From an uncultured Acidobacteriota bacterium (lineage in GTDB: Bacteria > Acidobacteriota > Thermoanaerobaculia > Multivoradales > UBA5704): a stretch of 64,000 bases of DNA. This document shows positions 30,083-39,949 of this stretch, piece after piece. The notes under the pieces were generated by a model, which did no database searches, was not told where the DNA came from, and saw nothing but the letters and a program-made list of their open reading frames with translations. Numbering within the stretch: position 1 is the first letter of the stretch; each line of letters starts with the position of its first letter. The stretch spans positions 3,200,001-3,264,000 of the forward strand of contig CAVYRF010000002.1 of NCBI GenBank assembly GCA_963770895.1, written 5' to 3'. A program made the translations under genes and the position numbers.

Positions 30083-31570
30083 TTACGGCGCCGGCGCGCC
30101 GAGGGTGCCCAGGGTATATTGCAGGGCGGCGTACTGGCTCTGGTAGCCGTAGCGGGCCTGGAGGCTTTCGATCTGGGCCTGGGTCAAGGACAGCTGGGCC
30201 TGGGTCAGCTCGACGATCGACGCCAGGCCCAGGTCGTAGCGCCCCTGTGCCAGGTCGACGCCCAGGCCGGCCTGGCGCAGGTAGTCGGCGGCCACGGCCA
30301 GGCTTTGCAGCGAGGTGGACGTGCGAGCCCAGGCGGTGCGCACGTCGCGCGCCACCACCGCTTCCAGGTCGCGCACGCGCTGGGCGGCGGCGACGGCGCG
30401 ATAGTGGGCCGCCGACTTGCGCGCCGAATACAGGTGGCCGTTGAAGATCGGCACGTCCAGGTTGATCGCCGCGCCCTGATAGTGGTCCGGCACCGTCGCC
30501 GCGTCGGGGGCGATCCAGGGCAGCGAACCGGCGACCCCCACCAGGCTGAGCGTCGGGCGCGACAGGTCCCTTTCGGCCTTCTCGAAACGCGCCGCGGCGT
30601 CGCTTTCGGCGCGCAGGCCGAGCAGGTCGGGGCGATGCGCCAGCGCGGTCGCTACCAGCGCTTCGGGGTCGGGCGGCAGCGCCGGCGGCAGCGGCGGCTC
30701 GGTCAGGTCGTAGGTGGCGGCCCGCGGCGATCCCAGCTCGCGCGTCAGCTCGTCGTAGGCCCCCAGCGACCGTTCCTGCGCTTCGAGCAGCAGCAGCCTG
30801 GCCTGCGCCAGGTTGACGTCGGCAAAGCTGACGTCGAGCTGCGAGCGCAGGTTGTTTTTGGCCAGCTGGCCCACCTGGTCGGCGACCGCCTGGCGCGCCG
30901 CGACCGTCTGCCGCGCCACCGCGATCAGCGCCTGCGCCGCCAGGGCTTCGAAGTACGCCTGGTCGACCGCCAGCAGCACGTCGGCGCGGGTGGCCTGGTA
31001 GGACTGGTCGGCCGCCTGGGCGTGCAGGCGGGAGCTGGCAACCAGGTTGGGCGTGCGGCCCGAATCGGTGATCAGCTGCGACAGCTGCAGCCCCTGCCCT
31101 TCGCGGTTGAACAGGCGCGACGCGGCCAGCGCTCCGGCGCCGATGCGCGCGTCGCCGTTGGCGACCGACCCGGTGACGTCGCCGCTGATCGTAGGGTAGT
31201 AGGCGGCGCGCGCCTCGGTCACCTGCTGGTGCGCCTCGGCCGATGCGGCCTGCGCTGCCAGCACGTGCGGGTGGTTGGCCAGCGCCGTCGCTTCGGCCTG
31301 GGCCAGGGTGAGCGGGGTCGCCGGCGGCAGGGGCGCCGTTGCTGGCGGCGCGCCGGCTGCCGGGGCGGCTTGGGAGCTGGGAGCCGGCGCCACGGCGGCC
31401 GGCGGTGCTGCGTCGATGGGCTGCCTCGCTGCCGGTGCTGGGTTTGGGTTTGGGTTTGGGTTTACCGGCTGTGCCGCGGCCGCCGGCGGCATGCCGCTCG
31501 CTTGCGCCCAGGCGACCGCCGGTCCCGGCAGCAGCAGGAGGGCGAGCGCGGCGGCGGCGTGGCGTTTCAT
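30083..31570 (-). CDS. TolC-family outer-membrane efflux protein
   Basis: LTLAQAEATALANHP, ALAHRPDL, RYDLGLASIVEL. Translationally coupled to the RND gene. Confidence 0.9.
   Translation of the reverse strand: MKRHAAAALALLLLPGPAVAWAQASGMPPAAAAQPVNPNPNPNPAPAARQPIDAAPPAAVAPAPSSQAAPAAGAPPATAPLPPATPLTLAQAEATALANHPHVLAAQAASAEAHQQVTEARAAYYPTISGDVTGSVANGDARIGAGALAASRLFNREGQGLQLSQLITDSGRTPNLVASSRLHAQAADQSYQATRADVLLAVDQAYFEALAAQALIAVARQTVAARQAVADQVGQLAKNNLRSQLDVSFADVNLAQARLLLLEAQERSLGAYDELTRELGSPRAATYDLTEPPLPPALPPDPEALVATALAHRPDLLGLRAESDAAARFEKAERDLSRPTLSLVGVAGSLPWIAPDAATVPDHYQGAAINLDVPIFNGHLYSARKSAAHYRAVAAAQRVRDLEAVVARDVRTAWARTSTSLQSLAVAADYLRQAGLGVDLAQGRYDLGLASIVELTQAQLSLTQAQIESLQARYGYQSQYAALQYTLGTLGAPAP
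31440..31463 (+). repeat. (GGGTTT)4 hexamer tandem repeat encoding NPNPNPNP in TolC
   Basis: Read directly from the sequence. Confidence 0.9.
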
Positions 31571-34500
31571 GCCCCGGCCTCGGCGGCGGTGATCGGGGGG
31601 GCGGGGGGGCCGGCGGGATGGGTGGGCGCGGCGGTCAGGGGGGTCGGGACGGGCGCCGGCGGCAGTTGCTTGTTGCGGTAGACCAGCAGGTAGGCCGCCG
31701 GCACCATGAAGACGGTCAAGAGAACGGAGACGGTCAGGCCGCCGATGACGGCGCGCGCCAGCGGCGCGTACTGCTCGCTGCCGGTGCCCAGCTTGAGGGC
31801 CATCGGCGCCATGCCGATGATGGTGGCGCCGGAGGTCATCAGGATGGGCCGCAGGCGCACGCGGCAGGCGGTGATGACGGCCTCCTTGACCGAGCCCATC
31901 TGATTTTCGAGCCGGTGGGCGAAATCCACGATGAGGATGCCGTTCGAGGCCGAGATGCCGACCATCATCAGGACGCCCATCAGCGACATGACGTTGAGGG
32001 TGGTGCCGGTCAGCGGCAGGATGAGCAGCACGCCGGTCAGGCCCAGCGGCACCGACAGCAGGATCAGCAGCGGATCGACGAAAGACTTGAACTGCGCCAC
32101 CATGATGAGATAGAGCAGCAGCACCGACAGGATGAGCCCCAGCGCGAAGCTGTGGAACGACTCGTTCATGCCGCGCACCATGCCGCGCAGGTTGATGCGC
32201 ACGTTGGCCGGCACCTTCATATCCTTGACGATGCGCTCGATGGCGCCGCTCAGGCGGCCCAGGTCTTCGCCCGCGGGCGTGACGTACACGTCGCTGACGC
32301 GCTGGATCTGGTAGTGGTCGACCTCGGTGGGGGTCTGCATGTGGGTGAGCTTCACCACGGTGTCCAGGGTGGTCGGCTGCGGCAGGTTGGGCGCCCGCAG
32401 GGGAATGCTCTTCAGGTCCACCAGGTCGTGGATCGCCGCCGGGCCGTGCTCAAAATATTGCACCGTCAGGTAGTAGGCGTTGCCGCTCTTGGGATCGACC
32501 CAGTAGTTGGGAGCGATCATCGAATCGGAGTTGAGCGCGGTGATGACGTTGTGCACCACGTCCTGCTGCGACAGGCCCAGTTCGGCGGCGTGGATGCGGT
32601 CGACGTCCAGCCGCACCGCCGGATAGTTCATGTCCTGCGGGATGTACACCTCGCCGACGCCCGACAGGCGGCGGATGCGCGCCGCCAGGTTCTGCGCCAG
32701 GGCGTAGCCGCGGGCCAGGTCCGGACTGCTGACCTGCACGTCGATCGGCGCCGGCAGTCCGGTGTTGAGCACCGCGTCGACCATCGAGCCGGTCTGAAAG
32801 AACGTCCGCAGTTGCGGATACTGGCTGGCGATGCCCTGGCGCACGCGCTCCATGTAGGTGAAGCTGCTTTCGGCGTGCGCATCGGCGAGCGCCACCTGGA
32901 TGGTCGCCGTGTAGGGGCCGGCGTTGGTGGTGTAGAGCGCCGAAAAGTCCGGCACCACGCCGATGTTCGACACCACCATGCGGAAGTCACGCGGCGGCAC
33001 GACGCGGCGGATGAGATCTTCGACCTGCGCCACGTACTGCTCGGTAATCTCAATGCGCGTGCCGGTCGGCACCTTCAGGTTGATGGTGAACTGGCCGGCG
33101 TCGGTCTGCGGGAAGAAGGCGACGCCGACAAAGGGAAGGATCGCCAGGCTGACCAGGAATATGCCGGTGAGCACGGCCACCGTCAGGGCCGGCCGCTCGA
33201 CGGCGCGCCGCACCCAGCGTTCGTAGACGTCGAGCAGCCGCACGAAGCCGTGCTCGAAGGCGGCGTTGAAGCGACCGGCAAGCGAGCGGCGTTTCGGCAC
33301 CTCGCGCTCGATCCCTTCGACGCCGCCCTCGCCCTCGACGCCCTCGACGCCGGTCACCGGTTCGTGATGCACGGCCTTCAGGAAGCGCGAGCAGAACAGA
33401 GGAATGACGGTGAGCGCCACCAGGTAGGAGGCGAGGATCGAGATCACCACCGCCAGGGCCAGGGCGGAAAAGAGAAACTTGCTGACGCCGTACAAAAAAG
33501 TGACCGGATAGAAGACCACGCAGGTGGTCAGGGTGGCGGCCAGCACCGCCAGGCTCACCTCCTCGCCGCCGGCCTCCGCCGCGCGCATGGGGTCTTCTCC
33601 CATCTCCAGGTGGCGGAAGATGTTTTCCAGCGAGATCACCGAATTGTCGATGATGCGCGAAAAGGCGAGCGCCAGGCCGCCCAGGATCATGGTGTTGACC
33701 GTGCTGCCCAAAAGCGACAGCACCATGAAGGTGAGCAGCGAGGACAGCGGGATCGACAGGAACACCGCGAAGGTGGCGCGCGGGCTGCCCAGGAACACCA
33801 GGATCATGACGCCGGTCAGCAGCAGCCCCAGGATGCCTTCGTGCAGCAGCGTCTTGATCGCCTCCTTGACGAAGGCCGACTGGTCGAACACCAGGTTGGT
33901 TGTCAGCTGCTTGGGAATGTCGAACAGGTGTGCCAGCATGTCGCGGATGCCGTCGACCACCTGGATGGTGTTGGTGTCGCCGCCCTGCTTCATGATCGGC
34001 AGGTAGACCGAGCGCTGGCTGTCCACCCGCACGATGCTGGTCTGGATCTGGTTGGCGTCGACGGCCTTGCCGATGTCCGATACCGACACCCAGTTGCTGC
34101 CCACGGTCTTGATCGGCACGCGATCCAGGTCGGCCATGGTGGGGACCATGCTGTTGGAATAGACGTAGTAGTCGAACGGTCCGATCTTGGCGTCGCCGGC
34201 GGGCAGGATGAGATTGGAGCGGTTGATCGCCGCGACCACGTCCATCAGCCCGAGCTGGCGCGCCATCGCCTTGTAGGGATCGACGTAGACCATGATCTGG
34301 CGGTATTTGCCGCCGAATGGCGGCGGGATCTCGGCGCCCGGCACCCCCGCGATCTGGTTGCGGATGGTGAACTGCCCGATGTCGTGCAGCTGCACTTCGT
34401 CCAGGCCGCGGCCCTTGAGCGTCACCAGGCAGACCGGCAGGCTGGAGGCGTCGAACTTCAGCACCACCGGCGGCAGCGTGCCCGGCGGCAGGCGCTTCAG

Positions 34501-34839
34501 GTCGGCGAGCGCCAGGTTCGACAGCTCGGTGACGTCGGTGTCGGCGTTGGTGCCGGGCTGGAAGTACACCTTGATGATGCTCACCCCCAGCATCGACCGC
34601 GACTCCATGTGATCGATCCCGGCGGCCAGGGTGAAGAAGCGCTCCAGCGGGTTGGTGATGTTGTTTTCGACGTCGCCCGGCGGCATGCCCGAATAGAACG
34701 TCGCCACCACCACCTGCGGCAGGTTGATGGTGGGGAACAGGTCGACGGGCATCCGCACCAGGCTGGTCACTCCGACGACCGCCACCATCAGGCAGACGAC
34801 GACGATGAAATAGGGGTGGCGGACGGCAAAGCTGGACAT
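31567..34839 (-). CDS. RND efflux transporter permease subunit (AcrB/CzcA superfamily)
   Basis: MPVDLFPTINLP, IIDNSVISLENIFRH, RLRPILMT, PLARAVIGGL; 1090 aa. Confidence 0.95.
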   Translation of the reverse strand: MSSFAVRHPYFIVVVCLMVAVVGVTSLVRMPVDLFPTINLPQVVVATFYSGMPPGDVENNITNPLERFFTLAAGIDHMESRSMLGVSIIKVYFQPGTNADTDVTELSNLALADLKRLPPGTLPPVVLKFDASSLPVCLVTLKGRGLDEVQLHDIGQFTIRNQIAGVPGAEIPPPFGGKYRQIMVYVDPYKAMARQLGLMDVVAAINRSNLILPAGDAKIGPFDYYVYSNSMVPTMADLDRVPIKTVGSNWVSVSDIGKAVDANQIQTSIVRVDSQRSVYLPIMKQGGDTNTIQVVDGIRDMLAHLFDIPKQLTTNLVFDQSAFVKEAIKTLLHEGILGLLLTGVMILVFLGSPRATFAVFLSIPLSSLLTFMVLSLLGSTVNTMILGGLALAFSRIIDNSVISLENIFRHLEMGEDPMRAAEAGGEEVSLAVLAATLTTCVVFYPVTFLYGVSKFLFSALALAVVISILASYLVALTVIPLFCSRFLKAVHHEPVTGVEGVEGEGGVEGIEREVPKRRSLAGRFNAAFEHGFVRLLDVYERWVRRAVERPALTVAVLTGIFLVSLAILPFVGVAFFPQTDAGQFTINLKVPTGTRIEITEQYVAQVEDLIRRVVPPRDFRMVVSNIGVVPDFSALYTTNAGPYTATIQVALADAHAESSFTYMERVRQGIASQYPQLRTFFQTGSMVDAVLNTGLPAPIDVQVSSPDLARGYALAQNLAARIRRLSGVGEVYIPQDMNYPAVRLDVDRIHAAELGLSQQDVVHNVITALNSDSMIAPNYWVDPKSGNAYYLTVQYFEHGPAAIHDLVDLKSIPLRAPNLPQPTTLDTVVKLTHMQTPTEVDHYQIQRVSDVYVTPAGEDLGRLSGAIERIVKDMKVPANVRINLRGMVRGMNESFHSFALGLILSVLLLYLIMVAQFKSFVDPLLILLSVPLGLTGVLLILPLTGTTLNVMSLMGVLMMVGISASNGILIVDFAHRLENQMGSVKEAVITACRVRLRPILMTSGATIIGMAPMALKLGTGSEQYAPLARAVIGGLTVSVLLTVFMVPAAYLLVYRNKQLPPAPVPTPLTAAPTHPAGPPAPPITAAEAGA

Positions 34840-34869
34840 GGCTGCTCTTTTCGGCCCTGGTGGCTGCGG

Positions 34870-36246
34870 CTATGGCTGCGGCGTGTACTGCACCAGCTGC
34901 ACCGGGTGCGGCCGCACCACCTGGCCGGGCAGCAGGCCGGAGCGGTCGCTGACCACCACGCGGTCGCCCGCCGCCAGGCCCGCAACCACTTCGGCCTCGC
35001 TGGGCGTGCGCAGACCCAGCTGGACGGTGCGGCTGGCGATGCGGTTGGACGCGTCCACCATGTCGACGGTATTGCGTTCCCCCTCCTGGGTGACGGCCTG
35101 CAGCGGCACGGCCAGCGCCTGGTCCTTGCTGTCGAGCGTCAGGGTGGCTTGGGCATAGACGCCCGGGATCAGCGCCCGATCGGGGTTCGGCACGTCCACT
35201 TCGGTGTGCATGGTGCGGGTGTCCGACTTGACGTCGACGGAGAAGCGCGCCACGTGGCCGGTGATGCTGCGGTTGAGCGACGGCACCTGGACCGCCACCG
35301 GGTCGCCGATGCGGATGAACCGGACGTAGGTTTCGGGCACCGGGATCACCAGCCGGAACAGGTCGTCCTGCGACAGCTTGACCAGCGGCATCGCCTGGCT
35401 GCCGGTGGTGCCCGCCTGCATCAGCGCTCCCAGGTTGGCGAAGCGCTGCGTCACGACACCTTCGAACGGCGCGCGGATGCGCGAGTAGTCGAACAGCGCC
35501 TGGTCCTCCGCCAGCTTGGCGGCGGCCTCCGCCAGCTGGTTGCGCACCGCGCCCAGGTTGGCGCGCGCCCCTTCGACCTGCGCCGCCGCCGCCATGTCCT
35601 TGCCCTGGGCGTCGTCCACCTCCTGCTGCGCCACCAGCCCCGGCCTCTGCTTGGCGACGCCGTTCAAGCGCTCGGCCTGGAGATGGAGGACGGCCGCCTG
35701 GGCTTCGACGCGGTGCAGGCCGTCCTGGGCGGCGGTCGCCTGGTCGCGCATGTTGCGGATGGCGGCCTGGTCCTGGTCCAGGCGCAGGCGCAGCTCGGGG
35801 ATCTCCAGCACGGCCAGCAGCTGCCCCTTCTTCACCCGGCTGCCGTAGTCGACCAACAGCTGGCTGACGTAGCCGGACTCCTTGGCGTAGATGTCGATCT
35901 CCTGGAACGGCACCAGCTCCGAGGAGATCGTCAGCTGCTGCTGGAGATGCCGCGGCGCGACGGTGGCGACTCCGACCTCGACCGTCGCCGCGGCGCCGCC
36001 GGATGCCGTCGCGGCCGCGCCCTCGCCGCCGCTCCTGCCGCCGCAGCCGCTGGCGGTCGCCACGACGGCGATCAGGCAGGCGGCGGCCAGGGCGGCGGCA
36101 CCGCGCCCGCGGCTGCCGGGGCGCCTGGGTCCGCCGGGAAGCCAGCGGCCGTCGCGGTGCCTGTGGCCATCAAAGCGCCCGCGGCCACTGCGACAGTGGC
36201 GCCGGGTAGCTGGGTCGAGACTGTGGCGGTCGGTCTGGTCGGTCAT
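34870..36246 (-). CDS. RND efflux periplasmic adaptor (MFP) subunit
   Basis: SGYVSQLLVDYGSRVKKGQLLA and IRAPFEGVVT lipoyl halves. Start uncertain. Confidence 0.92.
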   Translation of the reverse strand: MTDQTDRHSLDPATRRHCRSGRGRFDGHRHRDGRWLPGGPRRPGSRGRGAAALAAACLIAVVATASGCGGRSGGEGAAATASGGAAATVEVGVATVAPRHLQQQLTISSELVPFQEIDIYAKESGYVSQLLVDYGSRVKKGQLLAVLEIPELRLRLDQDQAAIRNMRDQATAAQDGLHRVEAQAAVLHLQAERLNGVAKQRPGLVAQQEVDDAQGKDMAAAAQVEGARANLGAVRNQLAEAAAKLAEDQALFDYSRIRAPFEGVVTQRFANLGALMQAGTTGSQAMPLVKLSQDDLFRLVIPVPETYVRFIRIGDPVAVQVPSLNRSITGHVARFSVDVKSDTRTMHTEVDVPNPDRALIPGVYAQATLTLDSKDQALAVPLQAVTQEGERNTVDMVDASNRIASRTVQLGLRTPSEAEVVAGLAAGDRVVVSDRSGLLPGQVVRPHPVQLVQYTPQP

Positions 36247-36338
36247 GGCGGCGGTCGGCGGGCCTGGCGGGTCGCGGCGGCGGATCGTTGCGCCGCTCGC
36301 GACCGTGCCAAGGCTACCGGTGGCCGCCGGTCAGGGGC

Positions 36339-36356
36339 ATACCGTGAGCACGGTAT
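36339..36356. promoter_or_regulatory. NarL-type 7-2-7 inverted repeat upstream of the RND operon
   Basis: ATACCGTG-ag-CACGGTAT perfect inverted repeat about 95 bp upstream of the MFP start. Confidence 0.6.
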
Positions 36357-36410
36357 TTTTGCCCCTGGCCGGCAGGAGACCGCCACCGCCCTTGGTGGCA
36401 GGGGCTGGGC

Positions 36411-37307
36411 TCAGAAGGGCAGGCGGCCGCTCACCACCAGGGCGTGCCGGAAGGTGCCGAAGCCGGTCACCACCTGTTCGTAGCCGCCGCCGATCGCCAG
36501 ACGCAGGCGGCCGGTGATCGGGAAGCGGCCGGCAACGGCGCCGATCGTGTAGTACACCTGGTCTTTGCCGTTGTTGGGGCCGTCGTGGTAGTGGGTCCAG
36601 TTGACCTCCAGCTCGGGCCAGAAGTGCTCCGACAGGATGTGCCCCTGGAAGGCGACGTTGGTGGTGATGGGGATCCCCAGGCCGGCCTCGTTGTTCGCCG
36701 GAACGCCGGCGCCCACGGTGGCCTGGATGTCGAAGCCCTGGGAACGCGTGCCCCAGCCCTTGCCGCCGGCGATCGTCGGCGTCCAGATGGTCTGGTTGGC
36801 GGTGAACGCCGGGTCGCCGGTGGGCACGCTCACGCCCAGGAAGGCGGTGGCGATGTAGTTGCCGTGCTCTTCGTTCTCGGCGACGATGCGGTACTTGACC
36901 AGGAAGGTCTCATCCGCCCACCCTTCCTTGGTGCCTTTGGCGGTGTTGAGCACCTGGTAGCCGGGGATGCCCAGGATGACTTCCACCGGCTCGGCCGGGA
37001 TCAGCTCCAGGCCTTTGTTGTTGCCGTAGTTGTCCAGATTGGCGCCGGCCGCGCGGGTCTGCCAGATCTGGTCGTAGCGGACCTCTTCCTCAAGCCGCGG
37101 GGTGACCGTGACGATGGGCGTCATCCAGTGCGGCTGTTCGGCCTGGGTGGCATCGACGCGTGTGGTCCACGCGGTGGAAAATCCGGTGTTGGGGTCCACG
37201 GTCGACCCGGAGGCCTGATCCGCGGCAGCGGCGACGCCCGCTCCAGCGGCGCCCAAAACGGCAGTGAAGAATACAGCAGTTGCAACGGTCCTGAGACTTG
37301 TGGTCAT
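36411..37307 (-). CDS. Exported beta-barrel (transporter-like) protein of unknown function
   Basis: GGAGGAG RBS, signal peptide, QPHWMTPIVTVTPRLEEEVRYD motif, C-terminal SGRLPF. Confidence 0.75.
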   Translation of the reverse strand: MTTSLRTVATAVFFTAVLGAAGAGVAAAADQASGSTVDPNTGFSTAWTTRVDATQAEQPHWMTPIVTVTPRLEEEVRYDQIWQTRAAGANLDNYGNNKGLELIPAEPVEVILGIPGYQVLNTAKGTKEGWADETFLVKYRIVAENEEHGNYIATAFLGVSVPTGDPAFTANQTIWTPTIAGGKGWGTRSQGFDIQATVGAGVPANNEAGLGIPITTNVAFQGHILSEHFWPELEVNWTHYHDGPNNGKDQVYYTIGAVAGRFPITGRLRLAIGGGYEQVVTGFGTFRHALVVSGRLPF

Positions 37308-37362
37308 ACAAAACTCCTCCCGCGCCATGGAAACTGGCGACGAAGGGGAGGCTAGCCGAGCG

Positions 37363-37386
37363 CGATATATTCTGTCAACGATATCG
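37363..37386. promoter_or_regulatory. ModE box
   Basis: CGATATATTCTGTCAACGATATCG versus consensus CGnTATATA-N6-TATATAnCG. Lies between the divergent barrel gene and the modE-like gene. Confidence 0.7.
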
Positions 37387-37455
37387 AGGATCTCCACGGC
37401 GGCAACCGCCCGTCCGCGCCGCGACCGCCGGCGGCGGGCGTGCGAGAATGAGCGC

Positions 37456-37809
37456 ATGCAGGCTTCCCCCGCCACCGTCCTGCCGCGCATCCGGGTCGTG
37501 CGCGACGGCCAGATCGCGCTGGGGCCGGGCAAGGTGGCGCTGCTCGCCGGCATCGCCCAACACGGCAGCCTGGCCGCGGCGGCGCGCGACCTGGAGATGT
37601 CGTACATGCGCGCCTGGAAGCTCACCCAGACGATGAACGCCTGCTTCCGCGAGCCGCTGATCGCGACCCGTCGCGGCGGCAGGGAGCATGGCAGCGCCGT
37701 GCTGACCGAAACCGGCCGGCAGGTGCTGGCGCTGTACCGCTGCATGGAGCAGGCGGGCCTTGCGGCGATGGCTGGCGCCTGGGAGGAGCTGCGCGCGTAC
37801 CTGGTCTAG
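37456..37809 (+). CDS. modE: ModE-family winged-helix regulator (DNA-binding domain only, no TOBE domains)
   Basis: LGPGKVALLAGIAQHGSLAAAARDLEMSYMRAW...RRGG...GSAVLTETG. Confidence 0.85.
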   Translation: MQASPATVLPRIRVVRDGQIALGPGKVALLAGIAQHGSLAAAARDLEMSYMRAWKLTQTMNACFREPLIATRRGGREHGSAVLTETGRQVLALYRCMEQAGLAAMAGAWEELRAYLV

Positions 37810-37835
37810 GCGGCACGGTCGGCGGCCGGCGCCGG

Positions 37836-39260
37836 TTGCGCGAGGTGCGCGCGGCAGGGCCGCCGCGCCCGGCGTGGACGCCGCCCATCACCGCGCGCGC
37901 CGCGCTGATGGCGGGCTTTGGCGGCCTGCTGGTGCTGCTGGCGCTCTCCGGCCTGGACGGGCTTGCCGTGTTGTCGCAGGTGCAGAGCCGCAACACGGCG
38001 ATCCGGCGCGGCTACATGGAGCGGTCGCGCAGCCTGGAGCGGATCCGCGACATGGTGTACCTGTCGGGCACCTACGTGCGCGACTACCTGCTGGAGCCGG
38101 CGCCCGCCAGGGCCGAAGCGTTTCGCGCCAACCTGGACGACATCCACCGCCAGATCGGGGCGCAGCTGCTCGTCTACGGCCGGCTATCGGGAGCCGAGGA
38201 GACCCAGCCGTTGCGCTTCCTGCAGGGTGAGCTGGATGCCTACTGGCGCTCGCTGGCGCCGGTCCTGGCCTGGGGGCCGCAGCAGCGCCGCGAGCAGGGG
38301 TACGCCTTCCTGCGCGATCAGGTCTTCCCGCGGCGCACCGGCATGCTGAGCCTGGCCGACCGCATCGCGGCGATCAACGAGCGGCAGGTGGAGGTGGCCG
38401 ACCAGCGGATGGCGCGGCTGTTCGTGCGGTTCCGCAGGTGGCTCGGCGCGATCCTGGCGGCGAGCCTGGCGCTGGGGGCGCTGCTGGCCGCCGCCAGCAC
38501 GCGCAGCATCCTGCACCTGCAGGCCGAGACGGCGCGGCACCTGGCGCGGCTCGAGGAGGCGCGCCAGGAGGGGCGCGAGCTGTCGGCGCGGCTGGTCGCG
38601 GCGCAGGAGCACGAGCGCAAGGCGGTGTCGCGCGACCTGCACGACGCGGTGGGGCAGTCGCTGTCGGCGGTGCTGATGGAGCTGCACAACCTGGCGGCGG
38701 TGCTGCCGCCGGCGCCGCGCGGCGGACCCGTGGCACACCTCGAAACCATCCGGCGCCTGGTCGAGCGGTGCGTCGAAGTGGTGCGCAACATGGCGCTGAC
38801 GCTGCGCCCGTCGATGCTCGACGACCTGGGCCTGGTGCCGGCTCTGGAGTGGCAGGCGCGCGAAGCCTCGCGCCGCACGGGCATGATGGTGCACGTCGCC
38901 GCCGACGAGCTGGGGGACGAGCTGCCCGAGGACTACAGGACGTGCATCTACCGGGTGGTGCAGGAAGCGCTCACCAACTGCGCCCGCCATTCGCAGGCCG
39001 GCGAGGTGTGGATCACCCTGCGCGCCGGCGACGGCGCCATCCGGCTGTCGGTGCGCGACGACGGCAGGGGCTTTGCCGCGGGGCGCGAGCGCGGCCTGGG
39101 GCTGCTGGGAGCGGAAGAGCGGGTGGCGAACCTGGGCGGCCGCCTGCAGGTGGCGAGCGAGCCTGGCCAGGGCGCCCTGCTGTCGGCGGCGCTGCCGCTG
39201 CCGGTCGCCGCGGCGGCGGCGCCACCGGTGGCGGCGTCGTCCGAGGTGGCGGCGTCGTGA
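37836..39260 (+). CDS. Membrane sensor histidine kinase (HisKA_3, NarX/UhpB type)
   Basis: Two TMs, QEHERKAVSRDLHDAVGQSL, LRPSMLDDLGL, QEALTNCARHS, DDGRGF, GLGL. Confidence 0.92.
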   Translation: MREVRAAGPPRPAWTPPITARAALMAGFGGLLVLLALSGLDGLAVLSQVQSRNTAIRRGYMERSRSLERIRDMVYLSGTYVRDYLLEPAPARAEAFRANLDDIHRQIGAQLLVYGRLSGAEETQPLRFLQGELDAYWRSLAPVLAWGPQQRREQGYAFLRDQVFPRRTGMLSLADRIAAINERQVEVADQRMARLFVRFRRWLGAILAASLALGALLAAASTRSILHLQAETARHLARLEEARQEGRELSARLVAAQEHERKAVSRDLHDAVGQSLSAVLMELHNLAAVLPPAPRGGPVAHLETIRRLVERCVEVVRNMALTLRPSMLDDLGLVPALEWQAREASRRTGMMVHVAADELGDELPEDYRTCIYRVVQEALTNCARHSQAGEVWITLRAGDGAIRLSVRDDGRGFAAGRERGLGLLGAEERVANLGGRLQVASEPGQGALLSAALPLPVAAAAAPPVAASSEVAAS

Positions 39261-39913
39261 GCGCCAACCCCATCCGCATCCTGGTGGCGGACGATCACGC
39301 CATCATCCGCAGCGGCCTGCGCACGCTGCTGGCGCGGCAGGACGGTTTTGAGGTGGTGGGAGAAGCCGCCGACGGCAGGCAGGCGGTCGAGCTGGCGCGC
39401 GCCGCAAAGCCGGACGTCGTGATGCTCGACATCGCGATGCCCAACCTCAACGGCATCGAAGCCGCCCGCCAGATCTGCGCCGAGCTGCCGCGCAGCCACG
39501 TCGTCATCCTCAGCGTCCACGCCGACGAGGGCTACGTGCTCAAGGCGCTCAAGGCGGGGGCGCGCGGCTACCTGCTCAAGGACTCGGCGGAATCGGACAT
39601 CCTGCAGGCGGTGCGCGTGGTGCACGCCGGCAAGGCGTTTTTCAGCCCCGAGATCAGCAAGATGCTGGTCGAGGACTACGTGCGGCAGCTGCGCCATCGC
39701 GGCATGGACGACAGCTACGAGCTGCTCACCACCCGCGAGCGGGAAGTGCTGCAGCTGCTGGCCGAAGGCAAGGCCAACAAGGACATCGCCGCCATGCTGC
39801 ACCTGAGCGTCTACACCGTCGAGACGCACCGCGCCCACATCCTGCAGAAGCTCAACCTGCACAACCTGCCCGAGCTGATCCTCTACGCGGTCCGCAAGGG
39901 CGTGATCTCGTAA
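39257..39913 (+). CDS. NarL/FixJ-family response regulator
   Basis: ADDHAIIR, LDIAMP, GYLLKD, LTTREREVL...TVETHR. GTG start overlaps the kinase stop (GTGA). Confidence 0.95.
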   Translation: MSANPIRILVADDHAIIRSGLRTLLARQDGFEVVGEAADGRQAVELARAAKPDVVMLDIAMPNLNGIEAARQICAELPRSHVVILSVHADEGYVLKALKAGARGYLLKDSAESDILQAVRVVHAGKAFFSPEISKMLVEDYVRQLRHRGMDDSYELLTTREREVLQLLAEGKANKDIAAMLHLSVYTVETHRAHILQKLNLHNLPELILYAVRKGVIS

Positions 39914-39949
39914 GGCGCCGGCCGCGCCGCGGCGAGGAAGCGCGCTTGC

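Noticed and set aside
36295-36311. Sigma54-like TTGGCACG on the minus strand before the MFP gene
   Set aside because: There is no TTGC at the -12 position.
31339-36483. 1714-aa plus-strand ORF
   Set aside because: Antisense shadow of the RND/MFP genes. High-GC codon bias removes stops on the opposite strand, and it has no recognisable motifs.
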